Of a stretch of 64,000 bases of DNA, positions 31,072 to 40,282 are shown one piece after another; within the stretch, counting starts at the first letter, position 1, and the number at the start of each line of letters is the position of its first letter. A program made the position numbers and the translations under genes. The notes beneath the pieces are model-generated. The model saw only the letters and a program-made list of their open reading frames with translations. It searched no databases and was not told the DNA's origin. Source of the DNA: Alphaproteobacteria bacterium (lineage in GTDB: Bacteria; Pseudomonadota; Alphaproteobacteria; CACIAM-22H2); contig DASVCL010000066.1 of the NCBI GenBank assembly GCA_036381615.1, positions 24,676 through 88,675 on the forward strand, written 5' to 3'.

Positions 31072-31411
31072 CACGGGCTGGGCGGCGCTCTGGCCGTATG
31101 GCGTGGTCCTCGTCGGCGCGGCCGCCACCTACATATGGCGGGCGCTCGGCGTCGCCCTGTCGGGCCGCATCCGCGCCGACAGTCCGGTCCTCGATCTCTT
31201 CGGCTGCATCGCCTACGCGCTGCTCGCCGGCCTGGTCGTGCGCATGATCGTCCTGCCGGTCGGGCCGCTCCAGGCGACCGGGATGGGCAGCCGGCTGGCG
31301 GCCGTGGCGCTGGGGATCGCTGCGTTCTTCATCTTCCGCCGAAATCTTCTCGTCGGCGTTGCCACCGGCGCGGTCACCCTGGCGGCATTGGCGTTCTGGC
31401 CGCCCCCGTGA
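31064..31411 (+). CDS. azlD: AzlD-family membrane protein
   Basis: 115-aa four-TM protein overlapping the azlC stop by 8 nt. Confidence 0.8.
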   Translation: MSDTGWAALWPYGVVLVGAAATYIWRALGVALSGRIRADSPVLDLFGCIAYALLAGLVVRMIVLPVGPLQATGMGSRLAAVALGIAAFFIFRRNLLVGVATGAVTLAALAFWPPP

Positions 31412-31489
31412 CGGGAGTATGTCAGGGTTTACCAATATTTAAAGCGTCGTCGGCATCCTGAAGACGGCCGGCGCTGCGGGCATCCGGCC

Positions 31490-32563
31490 GTGAGGTGGAT
31501 GGAGATGATCGCCTCGACGAAAGAGAGAGGGCCGGCTGTAACCGCGCTTGCACCCGATGCCGACACCGAAAATCCGGGCGGTGTCGAATCGGCATCGGCC
31601 GGGGGCACCATTCGCAGCCGGCTGCACGCCCTGTTCGGGCCGGATTCGCGCCTGCGCCAACGGTTCATCGCGTGGTGGGAAGGCTATTACCTGCCTGACG
31701 ACCCGAAGCCCGAACCCGAAGCCGCCCCGGCGAAGCCTGCGCCGGCGGCCTCGCACCCTCCGGTCGGTGATGTGCCGCGGGTACTTCCCGACCGCTGGTC
31801 GGCCGAGCGTGTCAAGATCTCGGAACTGATCTGGAGCGACGGCTTCTCGTTTCCCGGCGGTGCCGACCACGTGCTGAAGCTGGTCAAGCCGATGGGACTC
31901 AGCAAGGAGAAGTCGATGCTCGACCTCGGCAGCGGCCTCGGCGGCGCGGCCCGGGTCATCGCCAAATCCTTCGGCACCTGGGTCACCGGGATGGAGGCCT
32001 CGCCGACGCTCGCCAAGGCCGGCATGGACGCCTCCGAGCGCGCCGGCCTTGGCAAGAAGGCGCCGATCGAGTGGTTCGATCCGCTGTCGGTCGAACTGCC
32101 CGCAAAGAAGTACGACGCCATCTTCGCGCGCCTGGTTTTCCTCTGCCTCGCCAACAAGAAGCGGCTGCTCGGCGAGATTCACAAGGCGCTCAAGGGGGGC
32201 GGGCAGCTCATGTTTCTCGAGTTCGTCGTCACCAAGAAGGGGGCGAACTCGAAGGCGCTCGCCGACTGGATCGCCGGCGAGGATCACCGGCCGGAGCTCT
32301 ACACGCTCGACGAGTACTCGCGCGACATCAGGTCTCTGAACTTCGACCTGCGCGTCGCCGAGGACATCACCGACGAGTTCCGCGGCCTCGTTCTCGACGG
32401 GTGGAAGCGCCTGGCCGACACGCTCAAGCCCAAATCGCTGCGGCCCGAGGAGGCGATGAGCCTGACCCACGAGGTCGAGCTCTGGAGCCGCCGCGTCGCG
32501 GCGTTCGACGCCGGCGACCTGCGCTGCGCGCGCCTCTACGCCCTGAAGAAAGTCACGGCCTGA
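31490..32563 (+). CDS. class I SAM-dependent methyltransferase
   Basis: Motif I MLDLGSGLGGAARVIA, post-I and motif II/III spacing; long Pro-rich N-terminal extension; start uncertain. Confidence 0.8.
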   Translation: MRWMEMIASTKERGPAVTALAPDADTENPGGVESASAGGTIRSRLHALFGPDSRLRQRFIAWWEGYYLPDDPKPEPEAAPAKPAPAASHPPVGDVPRVLPDRWSAERVKISELIWSDGFSFPGGADHVLKLVKPMGLSKEKSMLDLGSGLGGAARVIAKSFGTWVTGMEASPTLAKAGMDASERAGLGKKAPIEWFDPLSVELPAKKYDAIFARLVFLCLANKKRLLGEIHKALKGGGQLMFLEFVVTKKGANSKALADWIAGEDHRPELYTLDEYSRDIRSLNFDLRVAEDITDEFRGLVLDGWKRLADTLKPKSLRPEEAMSLTHEVELWSRRVAAFDAGDLRCARLYALKKVTA

Positions 32564-32789
32564 CCGGCCGCCAGTGCGCCGGGGTTGGGGCTGCCCTCAA
32601 CCGGCCGCCTGGGGAAGGCGCCCGATCATCACGAAATGACCCAGGCCGTCCGTTCTGAAGGCCCCCAACAGGGAGTTTGGCGGTCCTGTGGTCGTGCTTC
32701 GGGACCGCGACGCGGCGCGTCGCCCGCGCGAGCTTGACAATAGAACAAAACAAGAACAATCTCCCGGAACAAGCGAAGGGGAGGTGCCT

Positions 32790-32909
32790 ATGGGGATTGC
32801 GCAGGCTTTGGGCCGGTTCGTCGACGGGTTCCTGCGGGGCGGAATGTGGGGGGCCATGGCCGCGCTTGGTTTCGTCGCCCTCAAGGTCGCGCCGATCATG
32901 CTGTTTTGA
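32790..32909 (+). CDS. candidate 39-aa membrane micro-protein
   Basis: GGGGAGG SD 6 nt before ATG 32790; [39 protein letters not shown]; one TM. Confidence 0.4.
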   Translation: MGIAQALGRFVDGFLRGGMWGAMAALGFVALKVAPIMLF

Positions 32910-33061
32910 GCGCGCGGAGGCCGAAAACGGCCGCCCGTGCATTGACAAGGGCAGGGCAGGGCCGATATGGTCCCGCGCGCTTTGCGGTGCGGCGCCGGTC
33001 GAAAAGGCGATGGCGCCGCATCTTGCGTTTTTGGCGAACCCGTGTGGTCGGAGCTCGTGTC

Positions 33062-33187
33062 ATGAAGGTCATCAATTCGCTCAAGGCGGCGAAGAAGCGC
33101 GACAAGAACTGCCGCATCGTCCGGCGCAAGGGTCGCGTCTACGTCATCAACAAGGCCAATCCGCGGTTCAAGGCGCGCCAGGGCTGA
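33062..33187 (+). CDS. rpmJ: 50S ribosomal protein L36
   Basis: [41 protein letters not shown], 41 aa; GGAG SD. Confidence 0.9.
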   Translation: MKVINSLKAAKKRDKNCRIVRRKGRVYVINKANPRFKARQG

Positions 33188-33335
33188 TCGGCCCCGCGAC
33201 AGCCGCCGGACCCGACGACGCGCCGCCCTTGGGCGGCGCGTTTCGTTTGTGCCCGTCGCGGATGAACTGGACAGTGCCCGGAGCGATGGTTAAGTCATAG
33301 GCAGGCCCACAGCCGGTCGCGGGAGGCCCGCTCAG

Positions 33336-34823
33336 ATGAAGATGCCGGCGCCGGACGCAGCGGTGCTCGCCCGCCGCGCCGAAATCGTCGCCCGTTTGCG
33401 CGAGATCGTGCCCGGCGAGGGCGTGATCGACGCCGAAGCGGAGCTACGCGCCTACGAGTGCGACGGCCTCAACATCTACCGCCAGATGCCGATGGTGGTC
33501 GTGCTGCCGTCGACGACCGAGCAGGTGTCGCGCGTGCTGCGTTATTGCCATGACAACGGCATCAAGGTCGTGCCGCGTGGCGCCGGCACCGGACTCTCGG
33601 GCGGCGCGCTGCCGCTCAGCGACGGCGTGCTGCTCGGCATGGGCAAGTTCAACCGGATCATCGAGATCGACTACGCCAACCGCTGCGTCGTCGCACAGCC
33701 GGGCGTCACCAACCTGGGCATCACCAACGCGGTCGCGCACGCGGGCTTCTATTACGCACCCGATCCGTCGAGCCAGATCGCCTGCACCATCGGCGGCAAC
33801 ATCGCCGAGAACTCGGGCGGCGTGCACTGCCTCAAATACGGGCTCACCACCAACAACGTGCTCGGCGTCGAGCTCGTGCTGATGAACGGCGAGATCGTGC
33901 GCCTGGGCGGCAAACATCTCGATGCCGGCGGCTACGATCTGCTCGGCGTCGTCACCGGGTCCGAAGGGCTGCTCGGCGTCGTCACCGAGGTGACGGTGCG
34001 CATCCTGCGCAAGCCCGAGACGGCGCGCGCCGTGCTGCTGGGTTTCCCCTCGGTTGCCGCCGGCGGCGCCTGCGTCGCCGCCATCATCGGGGCGGGCATC
34101 ATCCCCGGCGGCATGGAGATGATGGACCGGCCCGCGATCCACGCGGCCGAAGCCTTCGTGCATGCGGGTTATCCGCTCGACGTCGAATCCCTGCTGATCG
34201 TCGAGCTCGACGGGCCGCAGGCCGAAGTCGACGAGCTGATCGCCGCGGTCGAGCGGATCGCGCGCGCGCAGGGCGCCACCTATGCCCGCATCAGCACCAG
34301 CGAGGCGGAGCGCGCCGCGTTCTGGGCCGGCCGCAAGGCCGCGTTCCCCGCGGTCGGCCGCATCTCGCCCGACTACGTCTGCATGGACGGCACGATCCCG
34401 AGGAAGCAGCTTCCCGCCGTGCTCGACCGCATCGGCGCGCTGGCCGACAAGCACGGCCTGCGCGTCGCCAACGTGTTTCATGCCGGCGACGGCAACCTGC
34501 ATCCCCTCATCCTATTCGACGCGAACAATCCCAAGGAGGTCGAGGCGGCCGAGAGGCTCGGCGCCGATATCCTGCGCCTGTGCGTCGAGGTCGGCGGCGT
34601 GCTCACCGGCGAACATGGTGTCGGTGTCGAGAAGCGGGACCTGATGGGCACGATGTTCGACGAGACCGATCTCGCGCACCAGGAGCGGCTCAAGTGCGCG
34701 TTCGACCCGCAGGGGCTGCTCAACCCCGGCAAGGTGTTCCCGGTGCTCCATCGCTGCGCCGAGCTCGGCCGGATGCACGTGCATCGCGGGCAGCTGCCGT
34801 TCCCCGACATTCCGCGGTTCTGA
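33336..34823 (+). CDS. glcD: glycolate oxidase subunit GlcD (FAD-linked oxidase)
   Basis: FAD-binding PCMH domain (VVPRGAGTGLSGGALP), followed by glcE and glcF. Confidence 0.9.
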   Translation: MKMPAPDAAVLARRAEIVARLREIVPGEGVIDAEAELRAYECDGLNIYRQMPMVVVLPSTTEQVSRVLRYCHDNGIKVVPRGAGTGLSGGALPLSDGVLLGMGKFNRIIEIDYANRCVVAQPGVTNLGITNAVAHAGFYYAPDPSSQIACTIGGNIAENSGGVHCLKYGLTTNNVLGVELVLMNGEIVRLGGKHLDAGGYDLLGVVTGSEGLLGVVTEVTVRILRKPETARAVLLGFPSVAAGGACVAAIIGAGIIPGGMEMMDRPAIHAAEAFVHAGYPLDVESLLIVELDGPQAEVDELIAAVERIARAQGATYARISTSEAERAAFWAGRKAAFPAVGRISPDYVCMDGTIPRKQLPAVLDRIGALADKHGLRVANVFHAGDGNLHPLILFDANNPKEVEAAERLGADILRLCVEVGGVLTGEHGVGVEKRDLMGTMFDETDLAHQERLKCAFDPQGLLNPGKVFPVLHRCAELGRMHVHRGQLPFPDIPRF

Positions 34824-36046
34824 TGAGCGAGGTCCTGAAACCGACGACGGCAGCGCAGCTCCGCGACATCATCGCGTGGGCCGCCGCCGAGGAAGCAAGT
34901 CTCGACGTGCGCGGTCGCGGCACGCGCCGCGCGCTCGGCCGGCCGATGCAGACGAGCCGCACGCTCGATCTCTCCGCGCTCGCCGGCATCGTGTCGTACG
35001 AGCCCGAGGAGCTGGTGCTGACGGCGCGCGCCGGCACGCCGATGGCGGAGATCGATGCCGCGCTGCGCGAGAGGCACCAGATGCTGGCCTTCGAACCGAT
35101 GGATACGGGGCCACTTTACGGCATTGCGCCGGACGGCGGTACGCTCGGCGGCGTCGTCGCGTGCAACCTGTCGGGGCCGCGCCGCGTCAAGATGGGTGCC
35201 GCGCGCGACCACGTGCTCGGCTTCACCGGCGTATCGGGACGCGGCGAGTCGTTCAAGGCCGGCGGCAAGGTCGTCAAGAACGTGACCGGCTATGACCTCG
35301 GCAAGCTGCTCACGGGCTCGTTCGGCACGCTCGCGGTGATGGACGAGATCACCCTCAAGGTGCTGCCGGCGCCGGCGAAGACGCGCACCGTGATCGTCTA
35401 CGGTCTCGACGATGCCACGGCTGCCGCGGCCATGGCCGATGCGCTCAACAGCCCGTTCGAGGTGTCGGGGGCGGCGCATCTGCCGGCAGCGGTCGCGCGA
35501 CGCTCGGGCGTCGACTATGTGCGGCGTACGGGTGAGGCCGTCACTGCACTTCGGGTCGAAGGCACCGGCATCTCCGTCACCGCGCGCTGCGCCGGGCTCA
35601 AATCGCTGCTGAGCGCCCGCGGCGCGCTCGAGGAGCTGCACACGATGAACAGCGCCAGATTGTGGCGCGAGGTGCGCGACGTCGCCGCGCTCCTTCCCGA
35701 TCCCGGCAAGGTCCTGTGGCGCCTCTCCGTGCCGCCGTCGGACGGGCCGAAGGTGGCGGCGGCCATCGCGGCCGCTCTCGACGCGGAGTTCTTCTACGAC
35801 TGGGGCGGCGGCCTGGTCTGGCTGGCCACGGCGCCGGCCGAGGATAGCGGCGCCGGTCTGATCCGCAACGCCGTCGCGGCGACCGGCGGGCACGCGACAT
35901 TGTTCCGCGCGAGCGACAGCCTGCGTGCCGCCGTGCCGGTCTTCCAGCCGCAGCAGGGCGCGCTTGCCGACATTACCCGGCGGGTCAAGGATGCCTTCGA
36001 CCCGAAGCGCATCCTCAATCCCGGCCGCATGTACGCGGGGGTGTGA
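34823..36046 (+). CDS. glcE: glycolate oxidase FAD-binding subunit GlcE
   Basis: ATGA overlap with glcD stop; MSEVLKPTTAAQLRDIIAWAAAE..., FAD-binding domain, C-terminal DPKRILNPGRMY. Confidence 0.85.
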   Translation: MSEVLKPTTAAQLRDIIAWAAAEEASLDVRGRGTRRALGRPMQTSRTLDLSALAGIVSYEPEELVLTARAGTPMAEIDAALRERHQMLAFEPMDTGPLYGIAPDGGTLGGVVACNLSGPRRVKMGAARDHVLGFTGVSGRGESFKAGGKVVKNVTGYDLGKLLTGSFGTLAVMDEITLKVLPAPAKTRTVIVYGLDDATAAAAMADALNSPFEVSGAAHLPAAVARRSGVDYVRRTGEAVTALRVEGTGISVTARCAGLKSLLSARGALEELHTMNSARLWREVRDVAALLPDPGKVLWRLSVPPSDGPKVAAAIAAALDAEFFYDWGGGLVWLATAPAEDSGAGLIRNAVAATGGHATLFRASDSLRAAVPVFQPQQGALADITRRVKDAFDPKRILNPGRMYAGV

Positions 36047-36115
36047 TGACGGGTCGCCGCTGCCCATATAAAGCTCCCTTCCTTCGGCAGAAGGCGGACT
36101 GACCGGCACCGACCG

Positions 36116-37435
36116 ATGCAAACCAACTTCACGCTCGCCCAGCTTGCCGATCCCGACGTCCGCGAGGCGGAGAAGATTCTCCGCACCTGCGTGCATTGCG
36201 GGTTCTGCACGGCGACGTGTCCGACCTATGTGCTGCTGGGCGACGAACTCGACAGTCCGCGCGGCCGCATCTACCTGATCAAGGACATGCTCGAGAACGG
36301 TCGGCCGGCGGACGCGCGCACGGCGACGCACATCGACCGCTGCCTGTCGTGTCTGTCGTGCATGACCACCTGCCCGTCGGGCGTGCACTACATGCACCTC
36401 GTCGATCATGCGCGCGCCCATATCGAGAAAACATATCGGCGCCCGGCAATCGATCGAGCGGTGCGATGGTTTCTGGGGACGGTACTGCCGCGCCCGCGCC
36501 TGTTCCGCCTGGCGCTCGCCGGCGCGACGCTGGCGCGCCCCTTCGCCCGGTTCATGCCGGCACGGCTCGCCGCGATGCTGAGGCTCGCGCCGGCCTCGCT
36601 TCCCAGCCCGTCGACCGTCGACAAGCCGCAGATCTTTCCGGCCGAAGGGCAGACGCGGATGCGCGTCGCGCTGCTCAACGGCTGTGCGCAGCAGGTGCTG
36701 AATCCCCAGATCAACGAGGCGACGATCCGGCTTCTGACCCGCCATGGCTGCGAAGTCGCCGTCGCCAATGGTGCAGGATGCTGTGGCGCGCTCACGCATC
36801 ACCTGGGGCAGACGGCGGCAGCGCACGATGCCGCCAAAGCGAACATCATGGCGTGGACCGCACTCTATGACGGGCGCGGGCCCGATCGCGTCGTCATCAA
36901 CGCCTCGGGCTGCGGCACGACCGTGAAGGACTACGGTTTCATGTTCCGCGACGACTCGCGCTGGGCGGAGCCTGCCGCGCGCATCGCCGCGATGACGCGC
37001 GACGTGAGCGAGCTGCTCCTCGAACTCGGCATCGCGCCCACCGCCGCAGGACGCGAGGCGGCCGGGCGGCTGACCGTCGCATATCATGCCGCGTGCTCGT
37101 TGCAGCATGGGCAGAAGATCACCCGCGCGCCAAAGGATTTGCTCGCGGAGGCCGGGTTCCGGGTGGTGGACGTCCCCGAAGGACATCTGTGCTGCGGGTC
37201 GGCCGGCACGTACAACATGCTGCAACCCGAGCTGGCCGATGCCCTCAAGGCGCGCAAGGTCCGCAACATCGAAAGCGTGCGGCCCGACGTGGTCGCAGCC
37301 GGCAATATCGGCTGCATCACCCAGATCGCCTCCGGCACCGGCATTCCGGTCGTCCACACGGTCGAACTGCTCGACTGGGCGACCGGCGGCCCGAAGCCGG
37401 CCGGGCTCGCCGTGCGGGACACGCGGGCGGCCTGA
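36116..37435 (+). CDS. glcF: glycolate oxidase iron-sulfur subunit GlcF
   Basis: CVHCGFCTATCPTY and CLSCLSCMTTCPSGV ferredoxin motifs plus two CCG domains. Confidence 0.9.
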   Translation: MQTNFTLAQLADPDVREAEKILRTCVHCGFCTATCPTYVLLGDELDSPRGRIYLIKDMLENGRPADARTATHIDRCLSCLSCMTTCPSGVHYMHLVDHARAHIEKTYRRPAIDRAVRWFLGTVLPRPRLFRLALAGATLARPFARFMPARLAAMLRLAPASLPSPSTVDKPQIFPAEGQTRMRVALLNGCAQQVLNPQINEATIRLLTRHGCEVAVANGAGCCGALTHHLGQTAAAHDAAKANIMAWTALYDGRGPDRVVINASGCGTTVKDYGFMFRDDSRWAEPAARIAAMTRDVSELLLELGIAPTAAGREAAGRLTVAYHAACSLQHGQKITRAPKDLLAEAGFRVVDVPEGHLCCGSAGTYNMLQPELADALKARKVRNIESVRPDVVAAGNIGCITQIASGTGIPVVHTVELLDWATGGPKPAGLAVRDTRAA

Positions 37436-37484
37436 GCCGCAAGTCCTTGACATCGGTCCAAGCCCCGGAAATGGCGGCCCTTGG

Positions 37485-37601
37485 CAGCCGTCTCAGCCGT
37501 CTCAGCCGTCTCAGCCGTCTCAGCCGTCTCAGCCGTCTCAGCCGTCGCAGCCGTCTCAGCCGTCGCAGCCGTCGCAGCCGTCGCAGCCGTCGCAGCCGTC
37601 T
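37485..37601. repeat. 9-bp tandem array CAGCCGTC(T/G) x13
   Basis: Counted base by base: 13 contiguous units; last-base pattern TTTTTT G T GGGG T. Confidence 0.95.
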
Positions 37602-37757
37602 CGGGTGTGTCCCGCCCTCATTCGGGCGGCGTCCCGGCCCGTGTCCCCCTCACGCTCCCGTTGCCTGACGGCAGCGAAGCATTCCTCTCGCCTTCCTGTC
37701 GGGGAGAGGGCGCGGCCGGGGGAGCCCGACCGCGACGAGATCCGGGGCGGTGAAACA

Positions 37758-37853
37758 GTGGGACCGTGGGACCGTGGGACCGTGGGACCGTGGGACCGTG
37801 GGACAGTGGGACAGTGGGACAGTGGGACAGTGGGACAGTGGGACAGTGGGACA
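37758..37853. repeat. 8-bp tandem array GTGGGACC x5 then GTGGGACA x7
   Basis: Counted base by base: 12 contiguous units; 12 GGG tracts each separated by 5 nt. Confidence 0.95.
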
Positions 37854-37893
37854 GGCCCCCCTGATGGCGCGTCGCGGCCGTGCCGAATCAAAA

Positions 37894-37922
37894 CGCCCGC
37901 GCGGGTCGGGACCCGGCGGGCG
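37894..37922. terminator. GC-rich hairpin (7+4 bp, one bulge) with AAAA on one side and ATTTAT on the other; possible bidirectional terminator
   Basis: CGCCCGC-G-CGGG/tcggga/CCCG-GCGGGCG; on the minus strand it is followed by TTTTGATT. Confidence 0.45.
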
Positions 37923-38056
37923 CATTTATCCGGGACCGATGGTTGCCCGCGGCGCCGCGGCAGTCAACCCGGATTCTTTCATGTTCAGAACGACCGAGGG
38001 GCCGGCCTGTTTCGGGGTCGGGCCCGGTCGGGTCGCCCGGCCCGACATGCGTGTTC

Positions 38057-38085
38057 TTGAATGCCCGCGGCTCCCTTCCTATAGA
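38057..38085 (+). promoter_or_regulatory. sigma-70-like promoter TTGAAT-N17-TATAGA
   Basis: TTGAAT 38057-38062, 17-nt spacer, TATAGA 38080-38085; 260 nt upstream of terC. Confidence 0.45.
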
Positions 38086-38091
38086 TTAAGT

Positions 38092-38221
38092 CTCCCTGGG
38101 CCGGGCCCCTCTGGCAGCGGACGACGCTGCGATGTCGGACTGGGACGATCGAACGGACAGAGAGGCTCGCAATGATGAGAGGTTGAGCCGCACGCCGTGC
38201 CGTTCACGCGCGTGTTTTTTT
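38092..38221 (+). promoter_or_regulatory. candidate about 130-nt leader RNA ending in a T7 tract upstream of terC (attenuator/riboswitch-like or sRNA)
   Basis: Predicted TSS about 38092; palindromic CACGCGCGTG then TTTTTTT (38215-38221), a rare tract in this GC background; terC ATG 124 nt further. Confidence 0.3.
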
Positions 38222-38344
38222 GTGCCTGAACGGCTGCTTGGGCCATTGGGGCCCATGACGGAGCCTGCGCGTTAACAATTCCCGTGCAGGATCCGCGCTT
38301 TCGTTGTCCCGCATCACAACGCGTTCGAAGAACGGAACCGATTC

Positions 38345-39094
38345 ATGGAGTGGCTCAGCGATCCGCAGATCTGGATCAGCCTGATGACGCTGATCGCGCT
38401 CGAGGTCGTCCTCGGCATCGACAATCTCGTCTTCCTTTCGATTCTCGCGAACCGCCTGCCGGCGCATCAGCAGGATCGCGCCCGCAAGATCGGGTTGAGC
38501 CTGGCGCTGATCATGCGTCTCGCCCTGCTCGCGACGATCTCGTGGATCGTCGGGCTGACCGGCAAGGTGTTCGGCCTCTTCGGTCACGATTTTTCGTGGC
38601 GCGACATGATCCTGATCGCCGGTGGTCTGTTCCTCGTCTACAAGGCGACGCGCGAGATCCACGAACGCATCGAGGGGCACGCCGAGATACCGGGCGCCGC
38701 CGCCGTGGCATCGGTGACTCTCGGCGGCGTGATCTTCCAGATCATCCTGATGGACATCATCTTCTCGCTCGACTCGGTCATCACCGCGGTCGGCATGGTC
38801 GACGAGCTATGGATCATGGTCACGGCCGTGATCGTCGCGGTGATCGTCATGGTCATCGCGTCGCGGCCGCTCGCCGAGTTCATCAACCGGCACCCGACCG
38901 TCAAGATGTTGGCGCTGAGTTTCCTGATGCTCGTCGGCATGGTGCTTATCGCCGACGGGTTCGGCTTCCATGTGCCGAAGGGCTACATCTACGGCGCGAT
39001 GGGTTTCTCGATCGCCGTCGAGGCGCTGAACCTGATGGAGGCGAAGCGGCGCGCCCGACAGCGCGACCGCGTGAAGGGCGTCGAGCCGGGATGA
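38345..39094 (+). CDS. TerC-family integral membrane protein
   Basis: LIALEVVLGIDNLVFLSIL and second DSVITAVGM repeat typical of TerC/Alx. Confidence 0.9.
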   Translation: MEWLSDPQIWISLMTLIALEVVLGIDNLVFLSILANRLPAHQQDRARKIGLSLALIMRLALLATISWIVGLTGKVFGLFGHDFSWRDMILIAGGLFLVYKATREIHERIEGHAEIPGAAAVASVTLGGVIFQIILMDIIFSLDSVITAVGMVDELWIMVTAVIVAVIVMVIASRPLAEFINRHPTVKMLALSFLMLVGMVLIADGFGFHVPKGYIYGAMGFSIAVEALNLMEAKRRARQRDRVKGVEPG

Positions 39095-39133
39095 GCCGGA
39101 CATGACGACGATCATCGTGTCGTGATCCGTGGC

Positions 39134-39177
39134 CGCCTCGGCCGTCCCCGGTCGACGGACCAGGGACGGGCGAGGCG
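39134..39177. terminator. long imperfect hairpin between convergent terC and the DUF2817 gene
   Basis: CGCCTCGGCCGTCCC / GGGACGGGCGAGGCG (15 bp, 1 mismatch) around a 14-nt loop containing GTCGAC; no U tract. Confidence 0.3.
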
Positions 39178-39196
39178 CCGAGGGGCACGCCGGGGC

Positions 39197-40282
39197 TCAG
39201 GTGTCGGCGAGGCCCTTGAGCATCCGGCGCGTGACGTCGACGGCGCGCTCCCACACCATTGCCTTCCACGCATCGGTATCGCCGTAGAATACGCGGCGCA
39301 TTTCGGCCTTGATCTCGCGCGCCTGCGCACTGTCGAGATCGCCGTGCGCGTGGAGCCAGTTGTCGGCGCGCAGTGCGTTCAGCGTCTCGTCGAGCGGGCG
39401 GACGCCGTACTCGAGCGCGATACCCGAAAACGCGGCATGCGGCACGCGCGCCGCCATTCCCGGCTGGTTGATGCCGTAAAGCGGGGCCGATGACGAGTCG
39501 CCGAGATCGGGCGACGTCGCCTCGCCGGACAACCATTCCTGGATGCGCCTGAACCCCTCGGATTTCGCAGGCAGCGCGCCGATGATCTCGCCATAGCCAT
39601 AGGGGCCGAGACCGGTATGGAAATCGAGCACGGCCACGTGACGGGCGCGCGCACAGAACCGGTCGAGGATGGCGAGGAGCGTGCGGTGCGACCATGTCGG
39701 CGCGTGACCGCCGAAGAAGATGCCGAGCGGATGGCTGTATTGCCCCGACGAGATCGCCGCCTGCAGCGCCTTCGCGCCGTGTCGGGCCGCATAGGCGTCA
39801 AGCTTCGCCTGTGCGGCGGCACGCGATGCCGGCGTCCACTCGGCGGGCGCGATGGCATCGGCCAGCGCCTCATAACCCGCATTGACGGGATACGGCTTCG
39901 TATGATCGACGAAGTTCCGGTTGAGGTCGACATTGTCTTCGGTGACGCGGCGGAGCCACGCGAATCCGTGCGGGTTGATGGCATGAACGGCAGCGAGCGC
40001 GATGCCGCGCGGCAGTTCGCGGACGAGCCCCTCCGCGAACCAGGCGATCTGGCACAACGCGCCGCAGAAGCCCTCGACGCCGTGTGTCGCGGAAATCGTC
40101 ATGAAGACCCGCTCCGCATCCGCCGGGCCCCACCAGCCGACGTCGGTGAACAGCCTTTCGCCGCCAGGCCCGCGCAACGGGTTCTGGTACGAGGTCACCG
40201 TCGCGCCGGCGTCGCGGGCGGCCTCGAGAAATCGGGCGCGGGCGTCGGCGTAGTCGCGGGGGAAATGGCGGGCGATGCTCAT
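39197..40282 (-). CDS. DUF2817 / M14 zinc-carboxypeptidase-like protein
   Basis: Start MSIARHF at 40282; ATHGVEG...INPHGFAWLRRVTEDNVDLNRNF resembles the M14 HxxE ... NRNF core. Confidence 0.7.
   Translation of the reverse strand: MSIARHFPRDYADARARFLEAARDAGATVTSYQNPLRGPGGERLFTDVGWWGPADAERVFMTISATHGVEGFCGALCQIAWFAEGLVRELPRGIALAAVHAINPHGFAWLRRVTEDNVDLNRNFVDHTKPYPVNAGYEALADAIAPAEWTPASRAAAQAKLDAYAARHGAKALQAAISSGQYSHPLGIFFGGHAPTWSHRTLLAILDRFCARARHVAVLDFHTGLGPYGYGEIIGALPAKSEGFRRIQEWLSGEATSPDLGDSSSAPLYGINQPGMAARVPHAAFSGIALEYGVRPLDETLNALRADNWLHAHGDLDSAQAREIKAEMRRVFYGDTDAWKAMVWERAVDVTRRMLKGLADT

Noticed and set aside
34478-37453. 991-aa minus-strand ORF spanning the glcDEF region
   Set aside because: It is the antisense shadow of three well-recognised genes. 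It is Arg/Ala/Gly/Pro-rich with no motif, typical of high-GC third-position bias keeping the opposite frame open.
37485-37853. Possible CRISPR array
   Set aside because: The units are contiguous 8-9 bp repeats with no spacers, there are no cas genes, and the repeat length is far below CRISPR range.
37086-38060. ORFs reading through the tandem arrays as (QPS)n, (SRL)n, (AVS)n or VGPWDRGT repeats
   Set aside because: They start inside or overlap glcF in the wrong frame, and the 37471 ATG lacks an SD. The 8-bp unit cannot maintain a frame under copy-number change. Outside the repeats the composition is noise-like.
38092-38221. yybP-ykoY (Mn2+) riboswitch upstream of terC
   Set aside because: I searched by eye for the conserved GGGGAGUAG and UUGACAUA / AGACC boxes and found none. 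The region is kept only as an unclassified leader candidate.
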